From positions 1 through 63,030 of the forward strand of contig NW_025215096.1 of NCBI RefSeq assembly GCF_004010195.1: DNA of 63,030 bases, read 5' to 3'. How positions within the stretch are numbered: the stretch's first letter is position 1; each line of letters opens with the position of its first letter. The stretch is from Chiloscyllium plagiosum (taxonomy: Eukaryota). The notes beneath the pieces are model-generated. The model was not told where the DNA came from and did no database searches. It saw nothing but the letters and a program-made list of their open reading frames with translations. Position numbers and translations under genes: made by a program. Of this stretch, positions 37,373 through 49,749 are shown piece by piece.

Positions 37373-39542
37373 AAAGATTTCTAAACTGTCCCTGCTCAGT
37401 CGGACAGTTCACCGTTCATTCTCCTCTGAATCCGCTTCCCAAGGAATATATAGAGATTCACAAAGCTCGAGGCTGGGATTTCTGTATTACATCTTGACAG
37501 TTTTCCCACCTGCCAATTGGCAACATTTTCCCAGAATCTCTTCACAATGCTCTGCTTTGCACCATGTCCAGAGATAAATAAATCACCTTTTGTGGGGAGA
37601 TTCCCGACTCTGGGAATGTTTTGTTTGGAGCAAAGAAGTTTAATGGGAGATTTATTGGGGACGGTTATTTTGATGTGGGAGAAAGCAGTGTGGATTGGCG
37701 GGTTGATGATCAGGAGGAACTGCTGCCTCTGACCAGGGCAACTGACCAGAGGAAGAGAAGTAAAGACCTTTAATGGAAAACACAATTTGTTTCAAACAGT
37801 CTCCGTTAAAACTACATATAACCCATGCGTTTGTTATCATCTGTGGATAGAGGAACAGAGCAAACGTTTTGATTCAGGTCCATTTCTGGTACAGAACACA
37901 AGTTTCCTGCATGTCAATAATTGAGCTGGCCTGAGAAAATGCCGAGTTGTTCAGAAAGGTTTTCTGGAGTTTCAGGGATAAATCATCCAACAGGAAATCA
38001 TTTAAAATCAACAGTGAGGGAAACATGCTCGGTATTGATGAGAGATACAACGGATATGAAGGATGCATTGTCATGAGCAGAAAGATTAATAATACGGCAA
38101 TAGTCAAGTATTAAAGATGTTATTTTTCGCGCCTTTCAGCTTCACTTTAGTCACAGGCACTGAAATATCTTTGAAGCAGATGTGTCATTGTCAAATCTAA
38201 TGTGATAATCAGGGCAGTTTGTTTAACAAGAGGTCAAAAAAGAAAACTCAGAACTGGCACTGGAGACGCCAGTGAGATTCTGCTTTACTTTAAGCGTTTG
38301 TTCTGCTCTGGTTTATATCCAGAGCAGTGCAGGACCGGAGATCCGAATTTCAGGGGAATGGGTGACCCACTTAAAACATAGATGAGGAGGATGTTCTCTC
38401 ATTCCGAACGTAGCAAGCATGTAGCAGTATTTACAGCAGAGGCCTGTCAAGACTGTGTATATTCAAGTCTTCGATTATCTCTCTGTTAATAGGATGGACA
38501 AGTGGCAGTGTGAAATGTGTCCAAATTTTCTGACGATACACACGAGTGTGTACGCATGTCATGATGAGATCACGGGAATCTGCATAGGCATATAGATAGG
38601 TTGAGTGAGTAAGGAAAAATTGTCAGATGTAGTTTGATGTTGAGATTACGTGGTCATACAATTTGGTTGGAAGAGTCAAAAGACAGAGTACAAAGTCGAG
38701 AGAAAGTAGAACAAACGTGTGACACTGAGGAATCTTTTGTATGACACAAACAAAGTATAGTATCATATTCTTTCTCTGACAAAAAGGATGGTTTCCTTTC
38801 CGAATGCTAACAATGAAAGAGATGGTTTCCCAGGGAAAAAGAAAACCTGAAACTAATAGCCTAATTGAAAATTTAGAAAAGACTTGGGTCGTTCCAATGG
38901 ACGATGTTGATGCTGTGGCTTTCTAAAATTTGTTTATTTTGTGGCTGGGAGTGAAAGTTCGGGGATCTGGGGAGTGGAAGTCAGGCCATCCATGATTAAT
39001 GTCATCCTTCACTTGTCTTCCTCATTTCTGTACGTTTCATTTCGCATTGTGGTTCCTGTGAGTGCGCTTGTAGACTACACCCGCTGGTGACTTGCTTCCC
39101 TGACTGTTCCTCATCACGACCGGAAAGAATTCAACATTCTTTTCTCTTGAATCTAGATAATCTCTCAACAAATGTCACCAGAACCTAGATGTTTTCCACG
39201 CCTGTCTGCCTTTTTGCAATATCAATTGGACCGTCACTGTCTTACTGTTGCACAAATTAAGAACAAATCAAACAGTATCAACAGCATCTCGGTTATGAGC
39301 ACAGATAACTGCAGCCCTTCCCCAGATTACTGGCAACTGTGCGATCACAGAAGCACACATTTAAAAGCCAGGAAACTGAAAATATTTACCGTGCCAGAGG
39401 CCGTGCCAGGAACGGTACTTGCAAAACAACAGAAACACTCTTTTGGGTTACGGACCTGGTTGTATTTCTCAATCAGCAATTGAATTTTACATTGGTTATA
39501 TCAACAGTTCCCTCACACAAAGAACTAACTACTGCTGCAGAC

Positions 39543-39749
39543 GGAGGAGAAAGTGAGGATTGTAGATACTGGAGATCATAGTCGAGAGTGTGGTGCTGGA
39601 AAACACAGCAGGTGAAGCTGCATCCGAGGAGCAGGAGAGTCGACGTTTTGGGTGTATGTCTGATGAAGTGCTCATGGCAGAAACGTCTATTTTCCTACTT
39701 CTTGGATGCTGCTGAATCTGCTGTACTTTTCCAGCAACACAGTCTCCAT
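39543..39749 (-). mobile_element. Short fold-back Penelope-like insertion
   Basis: TSD TGCTGCAGAC at 39533-39542 and 39750-39759; inverted arms; hammerhead-like CTGATGA...GAAACGTC at 39660-39687. Confidence 0.8.
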
Positions 39750-39829
39750 TGCTGCAGACTGTCACACAATCCGAGCTTCCAGCCGTGGAATCAGCGACTC
39801 TCAGTGTCATGAGTCAACCTACTGAGAAC

Positions 39830-40570
39830 ACCTGGGAGTGGTGTTTAGTGTCAAGTTGATTTTCATGAATCCGTGTCGTGAGTTGTCTGTCATATATAAT
39901 GTTTCCCGCAGTCACTACGTGCAACAGTGCTTGTCTATTTTTGTCCTGAACGTGATGGGTATTGGGTTCATTGTTCTGGTGAGTTGTTGTCAAACGTGGC
40001 TTTCGGTTTATGTTCACTCATAAATCCGAATGGTCAGAGGAGTCTGGCTGTCCATGACGAGACAATTTTTTAAACTACAATGTAGATTGCTTGGTGTGTT
40101 GGGTCATGGTATGTCCTCCTCGCGTTGGTTTTTTTGCAAGGAATCTGTGGAAATATCTTTTGTTGCAAAACATTTCTGGAGGATACAGTAAACAACACAA
40201 CCAGCTGTTCCGAGTAGCAATGCACAACGATTACGAGGACAACATATTCAACAAGGAGAACACAACAATACTAGGAAAAGCTAAACAGAGGGCAGACAGA
40301 AAATCTCTAGAATGACGACATTCATCCAATGACTCCATCAAAAAAAACATGTTGATCTGGACCCAAACGTCTGGGACATGAAAATAACGACAAGAACCAG
40401 CAAGTGAAAGCAGTGGGAAGGAAATCACACCAATTCGACACGCTGCAGGACAGCAGCGCTTCACACGATTTTCATCAGTCTTGAGGATATCACCGAGAAA
40501 GTGGAGGAAACAGCTGCAAACCAACTTCCCAAAACCACCGAACATCCCCATAGCATCTGATCCCTTCACC
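39830..40570. mobile_element. Old Penelope-like fragments in both orientations (family of 47120-47784)
   Basis: Minus strand RQLTTRIHENQLDTKH; plus strand ENTTILGKAKQRADRKSLE. Confidence 0.65.
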
Positions 40571-40619
40571 GGAACTACACATCTTTACACAACCCTTGAA
40601 ACCCTGAAACAGTCGGGGC

Positions 40620-40691
40620 TGCCCCTGCGGGGAAATCTACCCTGGCCTCCCACGGGACAGCTAAGGATACGAAACGCCATACTAAGGTGGA
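40620..40691 (-). pseudogene. tRNA-Asp(GTC) pseudogene
   Basis: Minus strand tccaccttagtatggcgtttcgtatccttagctgtcccgtgggaggccagggtagatttccccgcaggggca, ungapped 72 nt vs tRNA-Asp TCCTCGTTAGTATAGTGG...CTGTCACGCGGGAGACCGGGGTTCGATTCCCCGACGGGGAG; anticodon at 40658-40656. Confidence 0.75.
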
Positions 40692-40789
40692 TGTCAGAGC
40701 TGACTGAGCCTGTAAGCTACTTGTGCATGATCTTGTCAAAAGTAACTGCTTGATTATCCTCATCCCATTTTCCATCATTTAACGTTGTA

Positions 40790-41250
40790 TTCCATAAGCA
40801 TTGCAAATTTGCATCTAAATATCCCTGAAGGTTATGAGAATTTCTGCCACTCTGACACTTAGAGACAGTGATGTCCAGATTCCAACCACTCGCTGGCTGA
40901 TAAAGCTCTTTATGTACAGCTACTAAAACGTTTTTGACTCTTATTTTAAATCCTTGGCTACCTTTTGATTGATCCCTCCATTATAGGGAAAAGTTTCGTT
41001 AAGTGTACCCAATCCATGCCCCTCATTATTTCCTACATCCCAATACTGTCTCCTCTCAATCTCCCTTGCTTTCACAAAAACAAGACCAGTCTGTCTAAAC
41101 TCTTGAATGGCTGAAGTTCTTCAATCCAGACAATATATTGGCAAATCACTTCTGCACCGTTTCCACAGCTGTCATATCGCTTCTATAATGTGACTTGCAG
41201 AACTGTACACAATACTCCAGCGAGAGACGATTAAAGACTTGACATAAATG
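40790..41250 (-). mobile_element. Decayed CR1 3' fragment
   Basis: SLEYCVQFCKSHYRSDMTAVETVQK on the minus strand. Confidence 0.7.
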
Positions 41251-41423
41251 TGGGGAAACTACAGACATTGGTCTTTTCCAATAAAGTCTCTTTCCCTCGA
41301 TACTGTTCTGTGTCCTTTTCATGAACCCAGTGCTCCAATGATCTCTGGTCCATGCAAATAAAACACTGCACATGAGGATTGATAACACAACCACATTATC
41401 TGATTGCATTAAGTGGCTTAAAG

Positions 41424-41459
41424 GTCCTGATGGTGGTATTGGGTCACGTTCGCCTAACA
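41424..41459 (+). pseudogene. tRNA-Val(AAC) 5' fragment
   Basis: Exact 16-mer TCACGTTCGCCTAACA (41444-41459) of vertebrate tRNA-Val with a degenerate D-arm upstream; 3' half not recognisable. Confidence 0.5.
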
Positions 41460-42048
41460 AGAATGACAGCTGCAGCACTAACTTAACGGTATCAATGTGA
41501 AAGTAAATGTTAATTTGTGCAATGCCCCAGTGACATGGGAGGAGAGATGGAAAGGGGGAATCATGATTGTGAAAGGGAGAAACATCTCCGAGATTGGGTA
41601 CAGACAGTGACGGTTTGAAGCAATAAAATCATCACCTCAGAGAGTATTTTCTCCTTAAAAATTGATTGTTTCCTTTTTCCGTTTGCCTTGCTCAGGTTAT
41701 GTGGATAACATGGAACAAATGCGCATTACAGATACTCAGGTTTGAATGGAGGTTGCTTCAGCCACAATGCAGAGGACGAACCAATATAGGATCATATGAA
41801 AAAGCCCAACACAAAAAGCAATAAAAGCAATGGCAGCGATAGGCGAGGAACAGCACCACATGCACACCAGGAAAACCCATTGAGATTGGGTTGAATCGTC
41901 ATCGTCGATGTCCACAATGACTGTGGACACTCTATTATTGAGAATGTTGAAGACTGAATTCAATAGATTTCTAGAAAAGATGAAATGTACAGGGGATTGT
42001 CCACAAATTTTGAAATGTAGGTTTCAATAACAGCGAAGTTTCACATCG

Positions 42049-42377
42049 TTAGATTAGATTTAGATTAGATTAGATTACTTTACAGTGTGGAAACAGGCCC
42101 TTCGGCCCAACAAGTCCACACCGACCCGCCGAAGCGTAACCCACCCATACCCCTACATTTACCCCTTACCTAACACTGCGGGCAATTTAGCATGGCCAAT
42201 TCACCTGACCTGCGCATCTTTGGACTGTGGGAGGAAACCGGAGCACCCGGAGGAAACCCACGCAGACACGGGGAGAACGTGCAAACTCCACACAGTCAGT
42301 CGCCTGAGTCGGGAATTGAACCCGGGTCTCTGGCGCTGCGAGGCAGCAGTGGGAGGCACTGTGCCACCGTGCCTCCC
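42049..42377 (-). mobile_element. HE1-like SINE with (TCTAA)n tail
   Basis: Full body, B box GGGTTCAATTCCC, TAGAT repeats at the plus-strand left end. Confidence 0.92.
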
Positions 42378-44529
42378 ACTAAGGGGAGTTACTTTACCTC
42401 TGCCTCGCGACAAGGTAGTAGTATTGTTGCACACTCACATCACACCGGTTCACAGGTCTGGAATCGGACAAATTTCGTGGCGCAGTGGCGAAGATCCGAT
42501 CAGGAGTGGAATGAACGCATGGATAGTTACTCTATCTGCCACTGACAAAGTCCGCGAGCATGCAGTCCTTCTGTGAAGGCAGAGAGGCGCGTGAAACGCT
42601 GAGGCTGAGAACTCCAAACTCGCATGGAGCAACTTCTGTTGACATGGAATAGGAAGCATTGGGAGAAGAGGCCGGGAAGTCTAACCTCACCTGGAGACAC
42701 TTCAATTGACATGGCGCAGAAACCATTGGGTTGATGGAAACAATCCTGAGCTATTATAATCTGAATTGAAATAGTTTTCAGCAGCACACACTTTTGTGGT
42801 TTGGGGGTGGATCTGCCCCAGGGAATTGCCTCAATTATAAATAAATATTTTGCAAAGAGTGAGCCCGTGTAGGAGTAACTGTGCATTTTGAAATGGATTT
42901 AATATCGTTGCACTCTGACATTTCTCATATTCTGACTCTGCAGTCGGTGAACAATCTGAAAGTGTTTTATAATTATTTTTGTGTGTTATTCATTTCCTGC
43001 AAGCTTGTTCAGGTCGCTGAAGTAACATAAACATCCGAAAATTAAAGTGAAAATATGACGTTGGGATTCGGCTTGAGGTTGCTCGGATTATGGAAGAACA
43101 CCAGGAGAGTAGAGGTGAAATTTATCAGATCAGCAGTGATCAAATTGAATGGATGGGCAGACAGAGGGTGAAAGGAAGCTTAATGGGGATAAATGTGCTT
43201 TCTATGCCAACGAAACTTACCGCGTCACAAAGTGGTGGTTATTGAAGTCAAGAACTGTGGTTGATAATATTTGCTGGTTTTGTGAATGTCTCACCTGGAT
43301 TGACACTGAAAGGACCTTTTACATAGGCGGGTAGAATTTAAACACAGCAAGCTCCAAATAACAGAATTATTTGTTATTTTCTGAACTTCAGTCCCGGACT
43401 GACTAAGATGACCTTTGGAAAATTAGTTTCCAGCATGTTAGTAGAGGAGTTACAGATTCGAACACGGAAACCAAATTACGTATCAAAATAAAATGATGGC
43501 ACTTTATTCGCTAAGGCAAAAGCAACATAAAAGTTGCTTTTATCCCTTCCAACTCACAGTATTTCTTGCACAATATCATAAATTTGATTCCCTTGAATAG
43601 GGAAGAGCTGCTCTTCCTCTAACTTCCTGAATGTATTAAAACCTCGGTACCTTAAAAAAACTCACACCTCAATCTGCTTTGCTCGGTGCAGAATAACTTC
43701 AACTTCTGCACTTATATATCCGCATATCTTTGACTATTCTGAAAAATCTCCTTTTGGATTTCTCCACAGGCACTCACATTTGCTGTGTGTTTGAGCAAAT
43801 ACACAGCATTTGCTCAAACCCAAATGCTGTGTATTCATGTGGGTAATGTCATCACGCACAGGCAATTGCGCAGTGACATCACCATGACTCCTGGGTATTT
43901 CCTCAACTGTGAGTGTTTGCTCTGACGAAGTGCTTCTGATTTCTTTCGAGCTGCCGGCTCCAGCATTTGATTACCAAGTTGAAATCAAACAAATTACTTC
44001 AGCATTTTTAACTGATAATCTACCCACTTAGACTTTCAGTGTTGTGCCTTCTTATCTAAAAATGTTTTCCATGTCTCTTTGGCTGATATGACCCTTTATT
44101 GACAACTGAAGCAAAGTTCATCCATTGGTCTCTTTGATACTTTTGTCCAGAATGAAGTTTCTGACATGGTTTACATACATCTTTCTCCAAGAATGTCAGT
44201 ATTGTCTTCGTTAATTTTTGATTTTTACTCCTATTGACTCACTGAATTATGTTTTCAGAGCTGAACATTCCCTAACTATGTGCTACTGGCAATTTTCTTC
44301 GCTTAGTAAATCCCATAGGTTAGGAGATAGTCAGGAAGTGAGAGTGAAATGACTGTGATGCGTGTCAAAATCAATGGCAATTAACTTATATAAATCTATT
44401 GGTATGATCCAACCAATGGGAGGAAATGACCGCAAGCCAAATTCCCAGATCGGCCGAACACACCCACAATAATGGCACCCCATACTAGGGGGCCAACTAT
44501 TTCCAGAAAACTTGAAGCTCCAGGAGGGT

Positions 44530-44601
44530 CATCAACGCAGGGAATTGAAACCCCGACTCCCGCGGAATAGGCGAGGGTACTCACCACCAAAGCACCGAGT
44601 T
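44530..44601 (-). pseudogene. tRNA-Asp-derived pseudogene
   Basis: Minus strand ctcggtgctttggtggtgagtaccctcgcctattccgcgggagtcggggtttcaattccctgcg is colinear with tRNA-Asp; anticodon mutated; TTTT about 20 nt downstream. Confidence 0.7.
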
Positions 44602-46639
44602 CACCTGTCTCAAGTTCATTGTGCGTGATCGTGTCAAAAACAACTGCTGGGCTCTCCTCATTACGTTTTCCATCATTTGGCCCTGTGTGCAGTATCTTCA
44701 AATACTCACACCTGAAGATTATGACTGTTCCTGCCTCTCCCGCCCATGCAGACATTGAGTTCCAGATCCAACCACTCGCTGGCCAATTAAATTTTTCCAC
44801 ATATCTACTAAAACCCTTTTGCCCATGACCTGAAATCTATGGCTCCCAGATGTTTGAAACCCTCCACCAAGGGAAAGCGTTTCTGTCCATCTCCCGTATC
44901 CATGCCCATCATTACTTTGTACTTCTTAATCATGTCTCCTCGTAATCTGTCTCTCTCTAAGAAAAAACACAACCAAAGGTGTCTCATCTCTCCTCATAAC
45001 TGAAGCTCTTTAGCACAGAATCTATCTTCATAAATCACTGATGTGCTGTCACATTGCTATTATACCGTGAATTGTGGAAGTTCTAATAAGAATTTACAGC
45101 TGAAGGAACAAATTACATAAATGTCACAGAAAGCAACAGATATTGCTCTTTTCCAAAATAAAGGTCCCTTTTCCTCACGACTACTTTGAATTCCTTTTCT
45201 GACACTGATGCTCCAATACTGTCTTGTCAATGACACTTAAAGTGCGACATGAGGATAGATCTCATAACCATGGTGTCTCAAAGATCCAAATGGTTTGAAG
45301 GTTCAACTAGTTTGGAGAGACTGGGGCAAGTCCACTCAGCAACAGCGACAGCAACACAGACTGAACGGTAGCCATACAGAAGTAAGTGTTAGAGTGAGAA
45401 GAGCATTATTGAAATGGGACGAGGGAACGTATTCACAACTGGATTACATGCCAAATATTCTGATATATGACTCGGAGAGATGTCAGACAGCGGCTGTTTG
45501 AAGGAACAGAAACATCATTTCAGAGAACATTTTCACGTAAAAGTAATTAATGTTAAAATGCCAAATCAATTACAATTTAATTATATACATATAGTGTTGC
45601 AAGCCAACATTTTGACCCCAGTCATAGAATGAGTTATAATGGAGGTCACAACACGTGCGATATTCAAATAAGTAGTTTTTGAGAAGTATTTTAAAGTGAA
45701 AATCTGAGATCTAGAGAGGGAGTTCAGTGAAGCGGCTACACAGTTTATGGCCTTGGAAGCAACAGGTTGTGGGCCGCCTTTGTGAACGTGTGGAAAAGTT
45801 AAAAGCGAGAATGCTTAGGTGCATGGTTTAGAGGAAATGCAGATACCATGAAGGGTGTTTAAAACTTTTCATTCTTTGAATATAGGCATCGTTGGCTGTG
45901 TTGGCATTTATTGACCAGACCTAATTGCCCCGGAGAGGGCTGGAGGACATTAAAAACCGAGGCAGAGAGGAGGTAATCAAGAGATTTTAATAAAATTACG
46001 TCAGTTTTAAAATTTTTCTCGGGTTTCTGGGTGCGTCAGAAGTGTTAAGAATACAAGTTTGCCTTTGTAACTTGGTCGTGGAGGTGACAATGCATGTGCA
46101 TGTGCATGTGCATGTTCAAGGTCGACAATATCACGGCTACATTAATGTCTACAACTGGATTCTGCAGCGAGACAGCTGACGTGGAAACGGAGCATGGTGG
46201 CAGAATCGGCCAAGCATATGCCCGGATGGTGCCAGTGACAGCGAAGAATGATTGAAGAGGTCAGCTGGTAGAAAACAGGTGCGTCTTTATCCAACGTGGG
46301 AATGCATGACCACGGTAGGGAAGATTGAAGACTTTGCAGAAACTTGCAGAATTTGCAGGCCTATGGCTTAAAGTTAGACTGTAATGTCTGTTGTATTTCC
46401 AAATATATTTCTTTCTTCAACGTTTTTTGTTGAGAAAGCATTTGTTTCTTCTCCAACATCTGCAACAAATATTTAGTAATGGGCACATTGTTCCAAAGAT
46501 GTTGCTGTGTGTGGGGACATTGCCCCCCACTTCGCTCCCATAGCCTGTACTGAAGTATATGTGACAATTCCATCTGAAGGAGTCCCAGCACTGTGCAAGC
46601 ATGCCCTTTTCTCCCAAGCATAACCCAGCCAGGGGATTT

Positions 46640-46890
46640 CTCATATCCTAATATTCCCTATTTACCTCAGATGAACGCATCTAACCTACATAAACCTGAA
46701 CACTAAGGACAATTTAGCCTAGCCAATTCACCTACCCTGCACATCTGTGGACTGTCGGAGGACACTGGAACACCCAGAAAAAAATCATGTAGCACAGCGT
46801 GAATGTGTAAACTCCACACAGACAGTTGACAGAGGCTGAAATTGAATCTGGGTCCTCAGGGCTGTGACAAAGCAGTAATGATCAATGACT
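46640..46890 (-). mobile_element. Old HE1-like SINE
   Basis: Degenerate acaatttagcctagccaattcacct...aaactccacacagacag body. Confidence 0.7.
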
Positions 46891-47119
46891 AGCGAGCCTA
46901 ACAGCCCCCACGCGCCCTCACTCACACTCACGGAGAGTGAGGCACGATCCTGCCCTTATTTCCTGTGTAGTCAGGGACCATTGTCCGTCCTTGTATCACC
47001 AGCCCCACCCTTTGCTTACTGTTGACAATGTCACATTACCATGCCCGTGGGCAGCGTGTAAGTGGCAGGGGAAGATGCTGCTAAGGGTGTTTATGTTGGT
47101 GGTGGGCAGTGATTGAGTT

Positions 47120-47784
47120 GTTGTGGTTCTGTTCGCCCGGCTGAGAATTTGTGTTGCACACATTTTGTCTCCTGTCCAGGTGACATCCTCAGTGCGGTCT
47201 TGCATGGGACTTTGTATACTACGTTCAACAGTGGCACGGTTCGAAAGGGAGCCTCCTGTGAAGCGCTTCTGTGATCTTTTTCCAGCATTTATAGTGGTTT
47301 GAATCTGCCGCTTCCGGTTGTCAGTTCCAGCTGTCCTCTGTAGTGGCCGGTGTATTGGGTCCAGGTCGATGTGCTTGTTGATTGAATCAGCAGATGAGTG
47401 CCACGCCTCTAGGAATTTCCTGGCTGTTCTCTGTTTGGCTTGTCCTATAATAGTAGTGTTGTCCCAGTCAAACTCATGTTGCTTGTCATCTGCATGTGTG
47501 GCTACTAAGGATAGCTGGTCGTGTTGTTTCGTGGCTAGTTGGTGTTCCTGGATGCGGATCATTAGCTTTATTCCTGTTTTGTGCGGTCCTTGCATGGGAT
47601 TTTGTATACACAAGCAGATGACAAGCAACATGAGTTGGACTGGGGCAACACTACTATTATAGGACAAGCCAAACAAGCACTAAGATGTCACCTAGACAGG
47701 GGACGAAACGTCTGCAACACAAATTCTCAGCTCGGCAAACAGAACCACAACAATGAGCACCCGAGCTTTAAATCTTCGCACAAA
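47120..47784 (+). mobile_element. Fold-back Penelope-like insertion with GIY-YIG C-terminal region (coding relic mostly on minus)
   Basis: IRIQEHQLATKQHDQLSLVATHADDKQHEFDWDNTTIIGQAKQRTARKFLEAWHS; inverted ends; 13-bp TSD CAGTGA(T/G)-type at 47107-47119 and 47785-47797 with one mismatch. Confidence 0.85.
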
Positions 47785-48729
47785 CAGTGATGGAGTTTTT
47801 GGGTGCAGAGGCTTGCGCCGATCTCAATTTTGCCATATAATGCCGCAGTCTTGACTTCGATATCCAGCACCAGCAGTCCTCATTTTCTCTTCCTTAGATA
47901 GTTGGTGTACTCAGTGAGGAGTATTAATAGGTATTAATAGGTAAAGCGATTTTCACACTATAAATGCCAGCAATTTCCCCGAGATCACTTTCCTGCCATT
48001 ATGTGTTTGTTTCAGTTCCTCCTTCTTGTGTATTCCCGAACATGTTAGTGAAAGCACTTGTGTCATCTTTTGTGCGGCCAAAACTCCATATATTGTTAAT
48101 TTTTGTGCCATCTCCTCATTCCACACTATACCTTCGCCTGTTTGTTTTCATGACTTTTGTTTCTCTTCATATACTTTTAGAATCTTTGAAAATTAGTTTG
48201 TGTGTTAAGCTCAAGCTTACCTTCAGGGTTTATTTTTTCATTTTCATTAATCCTTTAGTCTTCTTTTGTTTAAGTCTGAACTGCTCCCCGTCATCTTGTA
48301 TGCTGCTCTTTTGAGCTGGTTGGTACGGCTCTTACTTGGATTCACTTCTATCCCAAATAGTCTTTCTGAGCCATGGCAGGGCAACCTTTCACGTTTTATT
48401 TTCTGCCTGACAGGAATGAAATAGCACTTTGACAGTTCGTCAAAGTGCTATTTCAATTTTACTTCATCATTTTATGCGATCTTCCCAAATTATTGTAGTA
48501 CGCTTATGTCTCATGCCATCAGAAATTTATCCATTTAGATTTTAACCCACTATCTCAGAATCATCTTTGTCACTGTACACCATTCAGAGTTCATCACTCT
48601 CTCACAAGGTCCTTCACACAGTTAGATTCCCAGCAATTCCCTTCTTTTTACAAAATGGAATTTTAATACGAAACTTTTCGTTGTCCCAGAAGATCATAGG
48701 ACCGCAAACTCACGAGCAAGAGAGTGAAA

Positions 48730-48890
48730 TGGCTGATGGTGCGTTAAACAGAGTGTCACCATGCCTCAGGCGAGGTGTAATGTTCAGAACTGGAACCTTC
48801 ATGGCACCCTCAACTAGTGCAGGGATTGACCACGTGCTGTTGTTATCACTCTGCATCACAAACCAGCCATCCATTCAACTGATCTAACCC
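48730..48890 (-). mobile_element. Old tRNA-derived SINE (second family)
   Basis: Minus strand ggttagatcagttgaatggatggctggtttgtgatgcagagtgataacaacagcacgtggtcaatccc; related to 18940-19130. Confidence 0.6.
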
Positions 48891-49232
48891 ACGTATGCTG
48901 TTGAAGATGATCTTCCTCCATTCAGGTCCTTAACGTCTCAAATCAAAATCCATCTCATTGATTCTCCAGGAATCGTTCCTCTATGGTATTTGTACTGATT
49001 TGATTTGCTCGATCTATGTGCAGATTGATGTTACACACAATAACCATTACATTATAATATATAGGAACAAAATTTGGCCATTCGGCCTCTAAAGTCTATT
49101 GCACTATTTAATCATGATTGCTGTGTTTCTCAACCCCACTCTCATGTCATGTGCCTTCTTTCGTCACCATTGGTGACTTCACAAATCAAGAACCTCTCTA
49201 TCGCCGTCATAAATATGCAGCTTAGACTCCCT

Positions 49233-49529
49233 TCAGAGTGGAAACAGGCCGTTCGGCACAACCAGTCCACACTGAACCTCTGAAGAGTAACCCACCTAGA
49301 CCCATTTCCCTCAGACTAATGCACCTAACACTATGGGCAATTTACCAAGGCCAATTCACCTGATTTGGACCTTTTGGACTGTGGGAGGAAACAGCCGCAA
49401 CTGTAGGGAAACCGCGCAGACAAGGGGAGAATGTGCGAACCCTACACAGATAATGTCCCGAGGCTGGGATCGAGCCTGGGGCCCTGACGCTATGTGGCAG
49501 ATGTGTTAACCAATGAACCACCCTGCCAC
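49233..49529 (-). mobile_element. Older HE1-like SINE
   Basis: cagagtggaaacaggccgttcggc ... ccaatgaaccaccctgccac. Confidence 0.8.
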
Positions 49530-49749
49530 ATGTTTACTCACGGACTTGGCGCCCACAGCCTTCGATGGCAACTATCTCCACAGAATCACCACTCTGTGGC
49601 TGAAGATATTCCTCCTCGTAAAATTTCCAATTTGTTAAGGCTTCACTTTGACTCTGTGCCCTCGGGTTCTTGTGTGTCATAGTGTTTGAAACATCTTCTC
49701 CACATTGGGCCTATGCTGGCCTCTCAGCATTCTGTAAATTTCAATCGCA

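Noticed and set aside
41736..41963. Hydrophobic 75-aa ORF as a second GPCR fragment
   Set aside because: No class A motifs and no similarity to the receptor at 1096.
42410..42500. Further tRNA-like traces (Val-like here; also near 11100 and 46950)
   Set aside because: Too degenerate to separate from chance without a covariance model.
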